From assembly GCF_039654945.1 (NCBI RefSeq), contig NW_027361797.1:4464001-4528000 (forward strand): DNA of 64,000 bases. Reading direction: 5' to 3'. The translations under genes and the position numbers were made by a program. The stretch is from Dendrobates tinctorius. Its lineage: Eukaryota. Below the pieces are notes generated by a model. That model had not been told where the DNA came from. It did no database searches and was given only the letters and a program-made list of their open reading frames with translations. This document shows, one piece after another, positions 11,531-25,534 of the stretch (positions within the stretch are counted from its first letter, which is position 1; each line of letters begins with the position of its first letter).

Positions 11531-14500
11531 GCTAGCTCTTGTATGAGTAACATCAATAGCTAAATAAAATAAATAATTGTGTGTATATTCTTTGATACAA
11601 GCAGAATTTAGAGAGTGTGCTGATCTGTCTTTATCACATGTTGTCAGTGCTCTGACCTTATGCTATTAACTGGAAAACTGACAAAATTTGAATTTGCCAA
11701 ATCACATGGAGTTCCAATGATATTTGTTTTGCAGCAACGGCATTCTCTGCAAATGAAATATCCCTTACTATGCTCTGAGATTTCCCCAGATCTTTAAGCT
11801 TAATTTAAGTATTATAGAGAAAGGGACGTTTCTGTGCAAGCACGCATAAAGTCATAACATCATGACATCACAACACGCATCGTGACCGAGTATGACTCAG
11901 CCGGCTGCCATTTTGCCGAATCTGTTCAGAAGCAAATTTCAAAAATCTGTTTTTTAGGGATTGCAGATTTTTGTTAAATTCGAGTACAGTTCAATTCCAT
12001 TTGAATATATTTGTCTCATCTTTACAATTTTCCTTTTAGGTTTTATGTAAAAAATATTCTCTTTAAAATTCTGCCCTCTGATAATAAAGACTATTCACAT
12101 GTTCTCAAGGTATACACTACAAGTTGAAAGGTGAGTTCTAGAAAATAGCGTCCAAAATGGCAACCTAATATGGGACTAGGTGTTTTCTAAACCGGAATGC
12201 TTTCTAAATAGATTTTAACAATTTTATAAACAACATAAAAGTATAAAAACTCTTCAAAATAAAATCTAGATTTCCTTTCAAATACAATTTTATATTATTT
12301 TAATTCTGCATATTCTATAGTGCAGGCAGTATAACTGACATATCTGACACACCGTATTTTAAGAAGCTGAAATGTGTAGAAGAAAGTTCACGAATCCGCT
12401 GTAATATATTCAAAATCAATCTCGAGATTTGATAGCCACTCAATATTCTCATTATCATTACACTTTCAGTGCATCTATTATGAATGCACATTCAATACAC
12501 CACATCTGTCGTTCCCATAGGTTTTTAGTAGGATGTTAATTGTGGATAATGTATTCTGCTCCGTGCAGTCGATCTAGTGGCATTTTTTTCAGCAGTTCTA
12601 CGAAACATCCATTGCTTTCACCTAAACCATCTGTGTGTTTTCAAAAATCACTCGTACAATAATACAAACTTATTCTAATGGAACAGGTTGGAGTCGAGGA
12701 TGTACAAGGATAAAAAAAAGTTAAATTATATTTCAACCTTAATTGTGCCTTGGTATGCCTTCTGCTGCATGAGCAGTAAGCAATTTTAGAAACACTGGAA
12801 CATTTTCAGACAAAAAAAAAAGCAAGGGAAATAGGAGTTTTCATTTTATATGTATTTTGTGTTGCGGAATCAGCAATTTGCAAGTTGATAGAAAAGGTAA
12901 AGTAAAGTAGGTTAATTATTTTTGATCTCGGCTTGTCAATTTGTATTTTTTACTTTCCTACCATGTGAATCACTGGTAACCTAATTACACTTATTAGACA
13001 GGTGCATTAAACCACGTTCCGTAGATCACTTCTCGCACCATAAATAAAATATGAGGAAACAATTAGGAACATCGTACAACGCAAACAACAGAAAGAGAAA
13101 CACTGGAATTGTATAATTATATGTTTGCTGTACCAAGTCAGCAGTTTTGCTAACTTTCCTATAATAAGATTACAGAAGATGGAAAAGAAGAGCTTACTTC
13201 AGCTTTTATGAAGGATGTAAGCAATTTTAAATTGCTGTTTGTCTCCCGAGACTGAGTGAAAATAATTCTAATAAAGTGTAATAAAGGCATTTCTAAAATG
13301 GAAAAAAAAGGTTGTTTAAATGTATTTTTATTTAGCATGCTAAATCACGATCCCAGCCAACACAGGATTAAAAGCTTGTCAAAGAGCTAAAACTACACAG
13401 CACCGATACCCGGATGACATCATCAGACGTTAACCTCTTCATTAGTACAAATTTAACAAGTTGTTTCACTTGCTGGAATCTTTTTTTATTTCTGCAAGCA
13501 AAGAGGAATTCACTTAAAAGAAATACAGATATGGCAGAATTGAAGCTGACATTTCATTTTTTTTCTTTCATATACCATAACTGAGTAGGTTTACTTTCAG
13601 TAAAGACAAAAAATAAAATGCAGATCATTATTGTATTATTACACTAAGGCTAAGTTCCCGCTGTGATTTCTTGGTTTTTATTTTTGCATATTTACGTGAA
13701 CAAAAAATGCAGGATATTAAAATTCGAGGAAAGTATTTGGGATCCATTTGAATTTCATGTGCCTTTTTTCACACTGTGGAACCTGACCCGTAGTGTAATT
13801 TTTGATTATCTGCAACTTGTCAATTTCTCTACCGGTAAGACCAGGGACTACGGCGAGGATCACACATGTCAGAAACTCGGACGAGTTACGCATCTTAATA
13901 CCCGACACAGTCACCGGCACTAGGTCCGATAATGGTAATCAAACTCTGATCAAAATTTGATCACAGTGTGATCAGAGTGGGATCCAATTTTCTCAGAGGT
14001 CGAGAGAAAAAAAAGTTTCTCCACCTTCTCCATTATGTCATATGAGTGCTGTCTGATTTTTTTCATAGACCCCATAGACAAGAATGGGTGAGTGTCATCC
14101 AATTCTTGGGGGCAAATCAGACATGTACACAACCCCCTACGATAACAAGGGTACAAGCGACATCTGTCAGAACCAGGGGTAGCACTCATCCAGTTTATAC
14201 AGTCGTGTGTATGAGTCCTCGTACATTTGAATAAGATGAAGGAAACCTACAGATAAAAAAAAAAAATGAATATATGTTTTTGTTTCTTTTCCGCAATGGA
14301 AGCACAATTCCAATGCATGTAATCCACATATGACTTCAGCTAACAAGTTTCATTAAACTCAGGAATAAAAGCAAGTTTAACAAAGCAAAGTATTTTGTTT
14401 AAAATATAACATACCAAAGGGATACAGAAACTGTAAATGAAAAAAATGAGATTAAAATGAAATAAAATAAAATGCACTCAAAAATACATGGAAAAAATGC

Positions 14501-14642
14501 AAGTAACCAAATTTAGCTTATTGATGCAGAAATGCTGCAGAAAATTTGCAACAATATAACTCAATAGTAAATTGTGTTCTACTGCATTTTGTTGGTACAA
14601 AATCCAAACCATACAAAATCTGTTGCTGATATGACAGTGCTA

Positions 14643-16179
14643 TAGGTGCTTCTCACAAAATTGGAATATCGTCAAATAGTTAATTTATTTCAGTTCTTCA
14701 ATACAAAAAATTGAAACTCATATATTATTTAGAGTCATTACAAACAGAGTGATCTATTTCACGTGTTTATTTCTGTTAATGTTGATGATTATGGCTTAGA
14801 GTCAATGAAAAAGCAAAAGTCATTATCTCAGTAAATTAGAATACTTTATAACACCAGCTTTAAAAATGATTTCAAAATCCGAAATGTTGGCCTACTGAAA
14901 TGTATGCTTAGTAAATGCACTCAATTCTTGGTCGGGGCTCCTTTGGCATCAATTACTGCCCCAATGTGCTGTGACATGGAGGCGATCAGCCTGTGGCACT
15001 GCTGAGGTGTTATGGAAGCCCAAATTGCTTTGATAGCAACCTTCAACTCTTCTGCAATGTTGGTTCTGGTGTCTCTCATCTTCTTGACAATACCCTATAG
15101 ATTCTCTATTGGGTTAAGGTAAGGTGAGTTTGCTGGCCAATCAAGCACAGTCATACTCAGGTAATGGTACCTATGGCACTGTGGGCAGGTGCCAAGTCTT
15201 GCTGGAGAATGAACTTTCCATCTCCAAAAAGTTTATCAGCAGAGGAAAGCATGAAGTGCTCTAAAATTTCCTGACAGACCGCTGCTCTGACTTTGGTCTT
15301 AATAAAACACAGTAGACCTACACCAGCAGATAACATGGCTCCCCAAACCATCACTGATTGTGGAAACTTCACACTAGACCTCAAGAAACTTGAATTGTGT
15401 GCCTCTCCACTCTTCCTTCAGACTCTGGGACCTTGATTTCCAAATGAAATGCAAAATTTGCTTTCATCTGAAAACATCTTGGACCACTGAGCAACAGATC
15501 AGTTCTTTATCTCCTTGGCCCAGGTAAGACGGTTCTGGCGTTGTCTATTGATCATGATTGGCTTGACACAAGAAATTCAACGCATGTAGCCCATATCCTG
15601 GATATGTCTGTGTGTGGTGGCTCTTGAAGCAATGACTCCAGCAGCAGTCCACTCCTTGTGAATCTCCCCCAAATTTTTGAATGGCCTTTTCTTAGCATCC
15701 TTTCAAGGCTGTGGTTAACCCGGTTGCTTGTGCACCTTTTTCTACCAAACTTTTTCCTTCCATTCAACTTTCCATTCATATGCTTGGATACAGCACCCTG
15801 TGAGCAGTCAGCTTCTTTAGCAATGACATTTTGTGGCTTACCCTACTCGTGGAGTGTGTCAATGATGGCCTTCTGGACATCTGTCACATAAGCAGTCTTC
15901 CCCATGATTGTGGAGCCTATTGAAACAGATTAAGGGATCTTTGTAAATGCTTAGGAAGCCTTTGCATGTGTTTTTGATAATTATCCTAATATACAGAGAT
16001 AATGACTTTTGTGTTTTCATTGGCTGTAAGCCATAATCAAGATTAACAGAAATACACATTTAAAATAGATCACTCTGCTTGTAATGACTCTATATAATAT
16101 ATGAGTTACACTTTTTTGTATTGAAGAACTGAAATAAATTAACTTTTTGATGATATTCTAAGATTGTGAGAAGCACCTG
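14643..16179 (-). mobile_element. Degenerate full-length Tc1-like transposon
   Basis: TIRs (c/t)aggtgcttctcacaa ... ttgtgagaagcacctg, with TA flanks. Fragments read VKFPQSVMVWGAM, QQDLAPAH and DWPANSP. Confidence 0.88.
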
Positions 16180-16192
16180 TATAATAGAACAG

Positions 16193-16990
16193 TGTTGTGA
16201 GTTCATTTTCCCCTTCACCATTGAGGTCTGATGAACTCCCTCTTCTGGTGAAGGAAGGTAGTGAGGCTGATTACCAAGCACCTGAGCTGGATGATGATGA
16301 CTGAGTGACTGGAATTGCTGACTGGATATAAGGCAGCCGACGCCCTTCTGCCTTGCTGGTGATTTCCCTGAGGGATTCTAGGAGACCAGTCTGATTCCTG
16401 CTCCTCAAAAGCTAAGTTTTCTGCTCTGCTTTTTGCATTTGTGTTTTGGTTTTGTTTTGCATTGTTTTTCTGGATTTCTGCCATTCCCTGCTGGGGTGTG
16501 CTGAATTCCTTTTTGCTCTGTCTTCAGAAAATACCTGAGTACTGATATAGTCTTTTTGAAGCCTAGCGTCTTCAGGGCTTTTTTCCCTATCAGTCTGTTG
16601 GCTCTTGTTTTGATAGGGTTTTGGCGGATTGCAGACAGCAGCTTTTCTATCCTGTCCTATTTAGTTAGCTTTTGCCCCATCATTTGCTCAGCCTATCTTT
16701 CTATCAGTGTGAGTGTTTTTTCATCTTGCTTCACCGTTATTATATGTTGGGGGCTGCCTATTGCTTTGGGGTCTGCTCTGGGGAAGTTTAGATTTCCCTT
16801 TCTGTCTTTAGGCTATTTAGTTCTCCGGCTGTGATCGAGGGGTCTAGGGCACCGTAGGAACCCCCCACGGCTCTGCTAGTTGTTGTTGATAGGTTCAGGG
16901 GTCTGCAATCCGATAGCTGCCAACTTCTCTGGTTTTCTGGACTTAGCTAGTATTTCTGTTTCTGCCTCCTACGGTGACTCATTCATAACA
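16193..16990 (+). repeat. 5' LTR
   Basis: Termini TGTTG...TAACA. About 18 differences from the 3' LTR by manual count (~2%). Confidence 0.95.
16327..16365 (+). promoter_or_regulatory. LTR TATA box and predicted transcript 5' end (self-primer)
   Basis: TATAA at 16327. gctggtgatt at 16355-64 is the exact reverse complement of 16992-17001. Confidence 0.65.
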
Positions 16991-17001
16991 GAATCACCAG
17001 C
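16991..17001 (+). promoter_or_regulatory. Self-priming primer-binding site
   Basis: gaatcaccagc follows the LTR directly and lacks the TGG of tRNA-type PBSs. Confidence 0.7.
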
Positions 17002-17122
17002 CATACCGCAGATCCTAGGGTACTCAATAGTAGGAAAGAATTGTAAAAAAAAAAAAAAAAAAGGTGTGTATATTTTTTCCTCTATATCTCTGAGGCCGTA
17101 GGGGGAATTATTTTTTCTCTCA

Positions 17123-17821
17123 ATGGAGATAAAGCAATTGTCTGATTGTGTGGAGCAGCTCGCTGCGGAAGTGCGGGGAATTTCCGCCCACCTTGCTCAT
17201 TCACATGCTGCTGAACCAAAGATTCATTCTCCTGATGTGTTTTTTGGGGATCGGTCTAAATTTTTGAATTTCAAAAATAATTGTAAATTATTTTTTGCCT
17301 TGAAGCCTAACTCGTCAGGGAGCTCCACACAGCAGGTTAAAATTGTCATCTCTTTGCTGCATGGCGATCCCCAGGATTGGGCGTTTTCTTTGAAACCAGA
17401 TGATCCTATTCTGACTAATGTGAACGCATTTTTTCAAACCTTGGGGTTGTTGTATGACGAACCTAATGCTATTAATCAGGCTGAAAAGACCCTGTTGGCA
17501 TTGAGCCACGGTCGAGATTCTGTAGAATTGTACTGTCAAAAATTCCGAAAGTAGGCGGTCCTTACTACCTGGAATTATAATGCCTTGGCAGCTCTCTTTC
17601 GGAAGGGTTTGTCAGAAGCCGTAAAAGATACTATGGTGGGATTTCCTGCTCCCTCTGGTCTTGACGATTCTATGTCATTAGCCATTCAGGTTGATCGGCG
17701 TTTACGTGAACGCAGGACTGCACGAGAGGTGTTGCCACCTGTTGAACAAGTGTCTGAAGCTATGCAATGTGATAGAGTTTTGTCCAGGGAGCAACGTCAG
17801 GAGTTCAGAAGGCGTAATAAG
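17123..17821 (+). pseudogene. Gag (capsid-like), one internal stop, split by the hAT insertion
   Basis: AEPKIHSPDVFFGDRSKF...LHGDPQDWA...FRKGLSEAVKD. It resumes at 27061 with the CCHC knuckle LCFFCGDASHIISVC. Confidence 0.88.
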
Positions 17822-18660
17822 TAGAGTTGAGCGACTTTTGGTTTTTTAGGCTCGAATTTCGTTTCGTGAAACCCGACTTTTCCAAAAGTCGGGTCGAGCA
17901 AGATCGGCCGACAATAGGGAAAAGTCGGGGTCGTCCCGAAACACGAAACCCAATGTAAGTCAATGGGGAATAAAAGTCGGCAGTGAGAGGAGGACAGGAA
18001 ACACACCTACAGTGCCCATTTGAATGCCAAAAGCATCAATTCTTCTTACTTAAGCTTGTCAACCTCAATTAACTTCATAATACAAGTTACGCACTGAAAA
18101 ATGGGGGTTATTTGGCTAAAGCTGTGGGGGGGTAGGGCTGGCTCCAGGTTTTCATGTGCCCTGGGCGAAAGAGCGCCCCTTTAACACATACCACAACTCA
18201 TCATGCTCCGATACGGCAGAGAAATAGCGGTATAGTACAATGAAAAATACTTTTTACATCTCATGACAAGGCCCATCTATTTCTCCATACAGAATCATTG
18301 GTCCCATATAATGTTTGAAACAGTATATGATGAGCTCCACATAATGCTACAGTATATGTGGGTCCCCATGGATGAAGGTCCACTGTCTTATGGGCCCAAA
18401 TAATGCTCCAAACATAATGGGCCCCATTTCTAATACTCTAGTGTATAATGGGCCCTGTAAATGCTGCTCCAGTGTCTGATGTCCACCTTTGGAATGTTCC
18501 AGTGTATGGTGGGCCCCATCTATCATTCTCCAGAGTATAGTGCTCCCCAAAAATTGCTGTCCCAACATTGAAAACAATGAAATAAGTCTCCTCGCTAGGG
18601 AATCCCTGTACTAGTCTGGACTCCTTGTCGTTCCCATCTTCCATCTCACTGCACAGTATT

Positions 18661-20229
18661 TCAACCTTGCAAGTGCTGTGATCCTGAGCAAGCAGGGGGG
18701 GCCCACTCATTGGCGACGGCACTGGCACAGGGCCCTTGATAGTACGGTGGTGTGTCTGATGGCGGGTGGGCCGAACCTGCACTTTCATCTGCAGCTTCCT
18801 CTTTGTCACCGTGTAAGATGGAACTGTATTTGGGAAGGGTAACCTGAGTTTCATCAGGGTCAGATTCAGGCCGTGTAGTGTGCGAGGGGAATGTAGTGGT
18901 CTGGGTCAATGTACCAGCAGATTCATCGAGCAGTGGCTGGGCATCAGTGCACTTGTGTCGCCCCCAGGCGTACGGTCGCCACAGTGGCATTACCTTCCTC
19001 CTAGGGAGTGTGATGTCATGCTTGGGAGCAACGAAGGATCTCTCTAGCAGGTTAACTGATTGGGCGGCGTTATTCCCACGAGTCATGACCCTCCAAACAG
19101 CGTTCATGAAGGCAAAGTGTTTGTTTTACGTGGGCAGTATGGTTGCAAAGCTGAACCTTAAAGGAATGTCCAGAAGGGCACAACCAGGAGTGGAGCCTAC
19201 GGTTTAATTCGACTCCACCTGGAAAACCTCAACCATGCCAGCTACAGAAAAGATTCACACATTGCAAGCTTAATTCAGTTAATGAACGAGACTCCGTCAT
19301 GCCCCGCGGTCCGAGTCCGGCTTACTAGAGGGACATGTGAGGCTCTGGCACATGAGATTGGCCAATAACTGGTGTGTCATGCCCTTACATGTCCGTGGCT
19401 GCATGTGCGCTACACTGAAAAGGCCAGCGTTTGTCGCTTACAGGTGCAGATAACCCGCTGAACAACGTTAGTGATGGGGATCTGTTATTACAATTATTAC
19501 CCACGAACGATGATTTCCCAGTAAGTGCAGGTCAACCGCAGTTCCGGAATTAGGCCTAACCGTCATTCCTGAAAAAATGAAAAACTTACGTGTGCAAACC
19601 ACAGGTGCTGTAGCTTGCTTAACAGCTCGCCAGCCGTTCTCAGGCCCAGTATGGATTACACGTGATTGCACAAAGGTGAGAAAGGGTACCGTATCCCCGG
19701 ATAACATGTATGGATAGCATAGTGTACACATTCAAAATATATGTCTATACATCAGGAGGCAGGCTCAGACGGTGTTAGGCCCAGTATGGATTGCACGTGA
19801 TTGCACAAAGGTGAGAAAGGGTACCGTATCCCCGGATAACATGTATGGATAGCATAGTGTTCACATTCAAAATATATGTCTATACATCAGGAGGCAGGCT
19901 CAGACGGTGTCAGGCACAGTATGGATTTGACGGCCCAGACTACACAGCGGAGGAGCAGGGAGAGGAAAAGATTGCAAATGCTGGGGCCCTGCCCAAGCAA
20001 GGGGGGCCCACTCGTGGGCGTCGGTACTGGCACTGGGCCCCTCATAGTACGGCGGTGTGTCTGACGGCGGGTGTGCACCACCACCATCAGAGACACTTGA
20101 TTGCACTATGAGGGACCCTGTGCCAGTGCCCGCTCCCAAGAGTCGGCCTACCCACCTGTCCAGGGCAACGGCACTCGCACAGTGTCGTGCGCTAGGTGGT
20201 GACCCCGACCATGGGGGGGGAGGCAGCAC
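18661..20229 (-). other. Possible accessory ORF remnants inside the hAT, including a diverged copy of the transposase N-terminal segment
   Basis: 18790-18955 is homologous to 23230-23392. The motif AHPPSDTPPYYxGPxASxxAxEWAPxA occurs at ~18690-18775 and ~20000-20080. Confidence 0.45.
19647..19925. repeat. ~133-bp tandem duplication
   Basis: ggcccagtatggatt...gctcagacggtgt occurs twice. Confidence 0.85.
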
Positions 20230-20346
20230 AGTTAGGGAGTTTTAGAAAGTGGCATATGTTGATGTTGGACATTCAGCTGATGCAAAAGGCGAAATAGGTC
20301 AAGTCCCAGGAAGAGGTGGACCAAAGCAAGCCATTTTTCTGTCACC

Positions 20347-23300
20347 CTATGTGTCATCAGGGGAAGGTGGGACAAAATCCTTGGAAACCCATGCATGGTT
20401 CATTTTAATGAAGGTTAGATCATCCACATTTTGGGTTGACAGACGGGTCCTTTTTTCTGTCAGGATTGATCCAGCTGCACTGAAGACTCTTTCCGATAGC
20501 ACACTTGCAGCTGGGCAAGCGAGCTCCTGTAAGGCATATTGTGCCAATTCAGGCCAGGTGTCCAGTTTAGCGGCCCAATAGTCAAAGGGGAATGACCTGT
20601 GTGGGAGAACATCGATATGGGAGGAAAAGTAGTTTGTAACCATAGTTGACAACTGCTGTCTCCTGTCACTTTCCATCGATGCAGTATTACCAGTTGTGTG
20701 AGCGGTACTTGAAAAATCAGTCCACAACATTGTCATGAAACCCCTGTCTCCAACGCCACTTCTGCTGTGTGCACCACGAACACCTCTGCCAAGCTGCCCC
20801 CGGCCCGTACGGCTCGTGTGAGAACCATCACCGCTGCTGTGTGCTGGGAATGCCTCAAGCAACCGATTTACCAGAGTTGCTTGTTTATTAGCCAATATTA
20901 GGTCAAGGTTCTCCTGTGGCATGATGTTTTGTAATTTGCCTTTATAGCGTGGATCCAGGATGCTGGCCAACCAGTAGTCGTCATCGTTCATCATTTTGGC
21001 AATGCGGGGGTCCCTTTTTAGGATCTGCAAGGCATAATCTGACCAATGTTCCCGGTGTCAATGATGCACTGCGAGTGCTGGTTGGAGGAGCACTTTCTGG
21101 CAAATCCACATCCCTCCAGTCACGCACAAACCCTGTACCAGACCTTGCCACGCCAACATTTTCACGTGCCCCATGAAATGCTTCCTCCTCCTCTAAGTAA
21201 TCATCCCCATCATCATCCTCCTCCTTCTCTTCTTCCTCCACCTCGTCCAGGAGAGGTCCCTGAGCAGACAATGGCTGAATGTCATCAAGGATTCCCTCCT
21301 CGTCAACATTGGCTGCAGACGCCTGCTCCTTAAGGTGCGTCAAAGTTTGCATGAGCAGACGCATAAGTGGGATGCTCATGCTTAGGATGGCGTCATCTGC
21401 GCTTACCAGCCGTGTGCATTCCTCAAAACACTGAAGGACTTTACAGAGGTCTTTCAGCTTCGACCACTGCACACCTGTCAACTCCATGTCTGCTCTCAAA
21501 GTGCCTGGCCGTGTATCCTCCCACAAATGCATTATGGCATGCCTCTGCTTGCACAGCCGTTCAACCATGTGCAGGGTGGAGTTCCACCTTGTTGCAATGT
21601 CGATAATGAGGCGGTGGTTGGGAAGGTGGAGCAATCGCTGCAGCTTCTGCATACGAATGGAGTGTACAGGCGACCGGCGGATGTGCGAGCACAGTCTTCG
21701 CACCTTCTGGAGCAGGGCTGTTAACTCCGGATAATTTTTGAGGAAGCACTGCACCACCAGGTTCAAGGTGTGAGCCAAGCAAGGTATGTGGCTGAGTTTT
21801 GAAAGGGCTATGGCTGCCACAAAATTACGGCCGTTATCACTAACTACCTTGCCTGCCTCAAGATGTACACTGCCCAGCCATGACTCAGTTTGTCGCTTCA
21901 AGTACTCGGCCAGCACCTCGGCGGTGTGTCTGTCGCCCAAACACATCATCTGCAACACAGCCTGCTGACGCTTTCCACTAGCTGCTCGATGGGGGACACC
22001 TCGTGTGCAATAGTGGCAGCTGCAGATGGAGTGCTCGTACGACTGCGCTCTGTGGACGAGCTTTCGCTTCTGGAGGAGGAGGAGGAGGGTCGAACGCCTA
22101 CAGCCAACTGTTTCCTATACCGTGGGCTAGGCAGCACTGTCCCACCACCGCTGTCCCCTGCGGACCCTGCATCCACCACATTAACCCAGTGCGCAGTGAT
22201 GGACACATAACGGCCCTGGCCATGCCGACTGGACCATGCATCAGTTGTGAGGTGCACCTTTCCACTCACTGACTGCTTGAGTGCATGGACAATGCGGTCT
22301 TTCACATGATGGTGGAGGGCTGGGATGGCTTTGCGAGAGAAGAAGTGGCGACTGGGTAGGTCATAGCGTGGTACTGCATAGGCCATGAGTTCGCGGAAAG
22401 CTGCGCTTTCCACCATCCGATAGGGCATCATCTCAAACGAGATTAGTTTGGCAATGTGGGCGTTCAAACCCAGTGTACGCGGATGAGAGACTGAGTACTT
22501 TCTTGACCTACTCATAGTGTCTGGGAGGGTGAGCTGGACTTGAGAGCTGCATATGGTGGAAGTAGCGGTGGACAGGGCGGACTGAGAGAGGGTTGATGAT
22601 GGTGATGGAGTTGGTGTTCTTTCTGATGGCCTAGATTCAGTATTTCGTTGATATAACAGTGGGATTCCCTGACTGCTGTGGCCTTGCAACGACACCTCAA
22701 CATTTGCTGCTGTGCTGACCGGTGGGCTTACAGTGGGGGAAACAATGTAGCATTGCTGACTACCTTCTTTGTGATCAGTTGCACATGTGGTACTTGAGGT
22801 TTGGTGTTGTGTCCACGCTTGCAAGTGCATGGTGGTTAAATGTCTAAGCATGCAACTGGTATTCAAATTTTTCAGATTTTTCCCTCGGCTAAAAGTCTTT
22901 GCGCACTTCTTACAGATAACCTTGGCCTGATCATGAGGATTTTGTTCAAAAAAGTGCCACACTGCACTCTTCCTACTTTGGCAGACATTTTGCGGCCTAG
23001 CACGCTGTGATATTTTGACCCTCTGGACAAGCTGTCCAGCAACTCTTTTGATTTTTGGAACCTGTCTTTGGAGTGCTCTGTGCCTGCCAGATAACAGCTG
23101 TTGCGATGTCGATGTCTGCTGTGGATGCTCCTCATCTGAGCTATTGGAAGCAGCACCCTCTTCCCCCAATGGATGCCAATCTGGGTCAACAACTGGGTCA
23201 TCCATCACCTCCTCTTCAATGTCATGTGCACCTTCCTCTGTGTCACCGTGTATGGTGGTATAGTGTGCGGGAAGGGGCACCTGAGTCTCATCAGGGTCAG

Positions 23301-23862
23301 AATCTGGTTCTGTACACTGCGAGGACAATGTAGTGCTCTGAGTGAATGTACCAGCAGAATCATCTATCAGTGGCTGTGCATCAGTGCACTCCATGTCAGA
23401 TTCATCTTGGCCTGGGTAATTCACCATTTCACTTGATAATCCAGGCATGGTATGTGAAAACAGCTCCATGGAGTAATCAGTAGTATGGCCTGCGTCATCC
23501 TTCAATCTTGGTTGGGGTGAAGGACACAAGGAAAGGTGTGGTTCATGAACATGAGCCTCCAATGACGACTCAGTGCTTTTACTTTTTACAACTTCAGAAG
23601 AAGAGGCGATAGAGCTGGAGGCTGAGTCACAATGTAAGCCAAAACTTTTTCCTGCAGCTCTGGCTTTAAAAGCGGTTTGCCAACTCCTAGAAAAGTAAGC
23701 CTTCGAGGCCTTGTGGAGCCAGACGATGACGCAGGCTCAACACCTCCTGCATTCGGTCCTATTTTGCTTTTGCCACTACCATCAGATCCACCACCAACAC
23801 CATCATTACCAGCTGCCAACCCCCGCCCAATTCCACGGCCTCTTCCACCAGCCTTACCTCAT
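20347..23862 (-). pseudogene. hAT transposase (BED zinc finger, DDE, dimerisation domain; ZBED4/6-like), frameshifted
   Basis: KSAVWHFF..CKKC..TSCMLRHLTTMH, HLTTDAWSS, SDNGRN, CLAHTLNL, TRWNST and CPAASVLSERVFSAAG, spread over 4+ frames. Confidence 0.92.
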
Positions 23863-23939
23863 TTTTGGTAGAAATGTAGACAAAATCCAACAAACTATAT
23901 AGTAATGTAAAACAAGGTACAAGGTGTCTATAGGACAGG

Positions 23940-25460
23940 GGAGATTTTGAATTTCTGCACACACTTGTGGACACTGGACACTTATGAATTGTGTGAGGCC
24001 CACTGAATATCAGAGCGCTATGTCACAGGCTCGATGGCACAGGTGTGAAAAAAGTGACTACAGGATAAGGGAGATTTTGAATTTCTGCACACACTTGTGG
24101 ACACTGGACACTTATGGATTGTGTGAGGCCCACTGAATATCAGAGCGCTATGTCACAGGCTCGATGGCACAGGTGTGAAAAAAGTGACTACAGGATAAGG
24201 GAGATTTTGAATTTCTGCACACACTTGTGATCACTGGACACTTATGGATTGTATGAGGCCCACTGAATATCAGAGCGCTAAGTCACAGGCTCGATGGCAC
24301 AGGTGTGAAAAAAGTGACTACAGGATAAGGGAGATTTTGAATTTCTGCACACACTTGTGGACACTGGACACTTATGGATTGTGTGAGGCCCACTGAATAT
24401 CAGAGCGCTATGTCACAGGCTCGATGGCACAGGTGTGAAAAAAGTGACTACAGGATAAGGGAGATTTTGAATTTCTGCACACACTTGTGATCACTGGACA
24501 CTTATGGATTGTATGAGGCCCACTGAATATCAGAGCGCTAAGTCACAGGCTCGATGGCACAGGTGTGAAAAAAGTGACTACAGGATAAGGGAGATTTTGA
24601 ATTTCTGCACACACTTGTGGACACTGGACACTTATGGATTGTGTGAGGCCCACTGAATATCAGAGCGCTATGTCACAGGCTCGATGGCACAGGTGTGAAA
24701 AAAGTGACTACAGGATAAGGGAGATTTTGAATTTCTGCACACACTTGTGGACACTGGACACTTATGGATTGTGTGAGGCCCACTGAATATTAGAGCGCTT
24801 TGTCACAGGCTCGATGGCACAGGTGTGAAAAAAGTGACTACAGGATAAGGGAGATTTTGAACTTCTGCACACACTTGTGGACACTGGACACTTATGGATT
24901 GTGTGAGGCCCACTGAATATCAGAGCGCTATGTCACAGGCTCGATGGCACAGGTGTGAAAAAAGTGACTACAGGATAAGGGAGATTTTGAATTTCTGCAC
25001 ACAACTGTGGACACTGGACACTAATGGATTGTGTGAGGCCCACTGAATATCAGAGCGCTATGTCACAGGCTCGATGGCACAGGTGTGAAAAAAGTGACTA
25101 CAGGATAAGGGAGATTTTGAATTTCTGCACACACTTGTGGACACTGGACACTTATGGATTGTGTGAGGCCCACTGAATATCAGAGCGCTATGTCACAGGC
25201 TCGATGGCACAGGTGTGAAAAAAGTGACTACAGGATAAGGGAGATTTTGAATTTCTGCACACACTTGTGGACACTGGACACTTATGGATTGTGTGAGGCC
25301 CACTGAATATCAGAGCGCTATGTCACAGGCTCGATGGCACAGGTGTGAAAAAAGTGACTACAGGATCACGGAGATTTTGAATTTCTGCACACACTAGTGG
25401 ACACTGGACACTTTTGGATTGTGTGAGGCCCACTGAATATCACAGCGCTATGTCACAGGC
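23940..25460. repeat. 130-bp tandem repeat, ~11.7 copies, upstream of the hAT transposase
   Basis: gagattttga recurs at 23941, 24071, 24201 ... 25241, ~25372. Confidence 0.95.
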
Positions 25461-25534
25461 AGAAATTGGCTAGTGTATCACAAACTACAAGGTGTATATA
25501 GAATTGGGCAGAATAGGAATCTCCCTAGAGTGTA

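Noticed and set aside
12300-13640. Repeat-poor AT-rich stretch with an apparent acceptor (ttttttcag at ~12590) and donor (~12687)
   Set aside because: There are stops in all three forward frames. It may hold non-coding elements, but nothing is supportable from sequence alone.
16215-16834. ORFs duplicated at 32975-33594
   Set aside because: They are incidental frames within the two LTRs.
23940-25460. Regular array that could be mistaken for CRISPR
   Set aside because: Units are wholly repeated with no unique spacers, there are no cas genes, and the context is a eukaryotic hAT.
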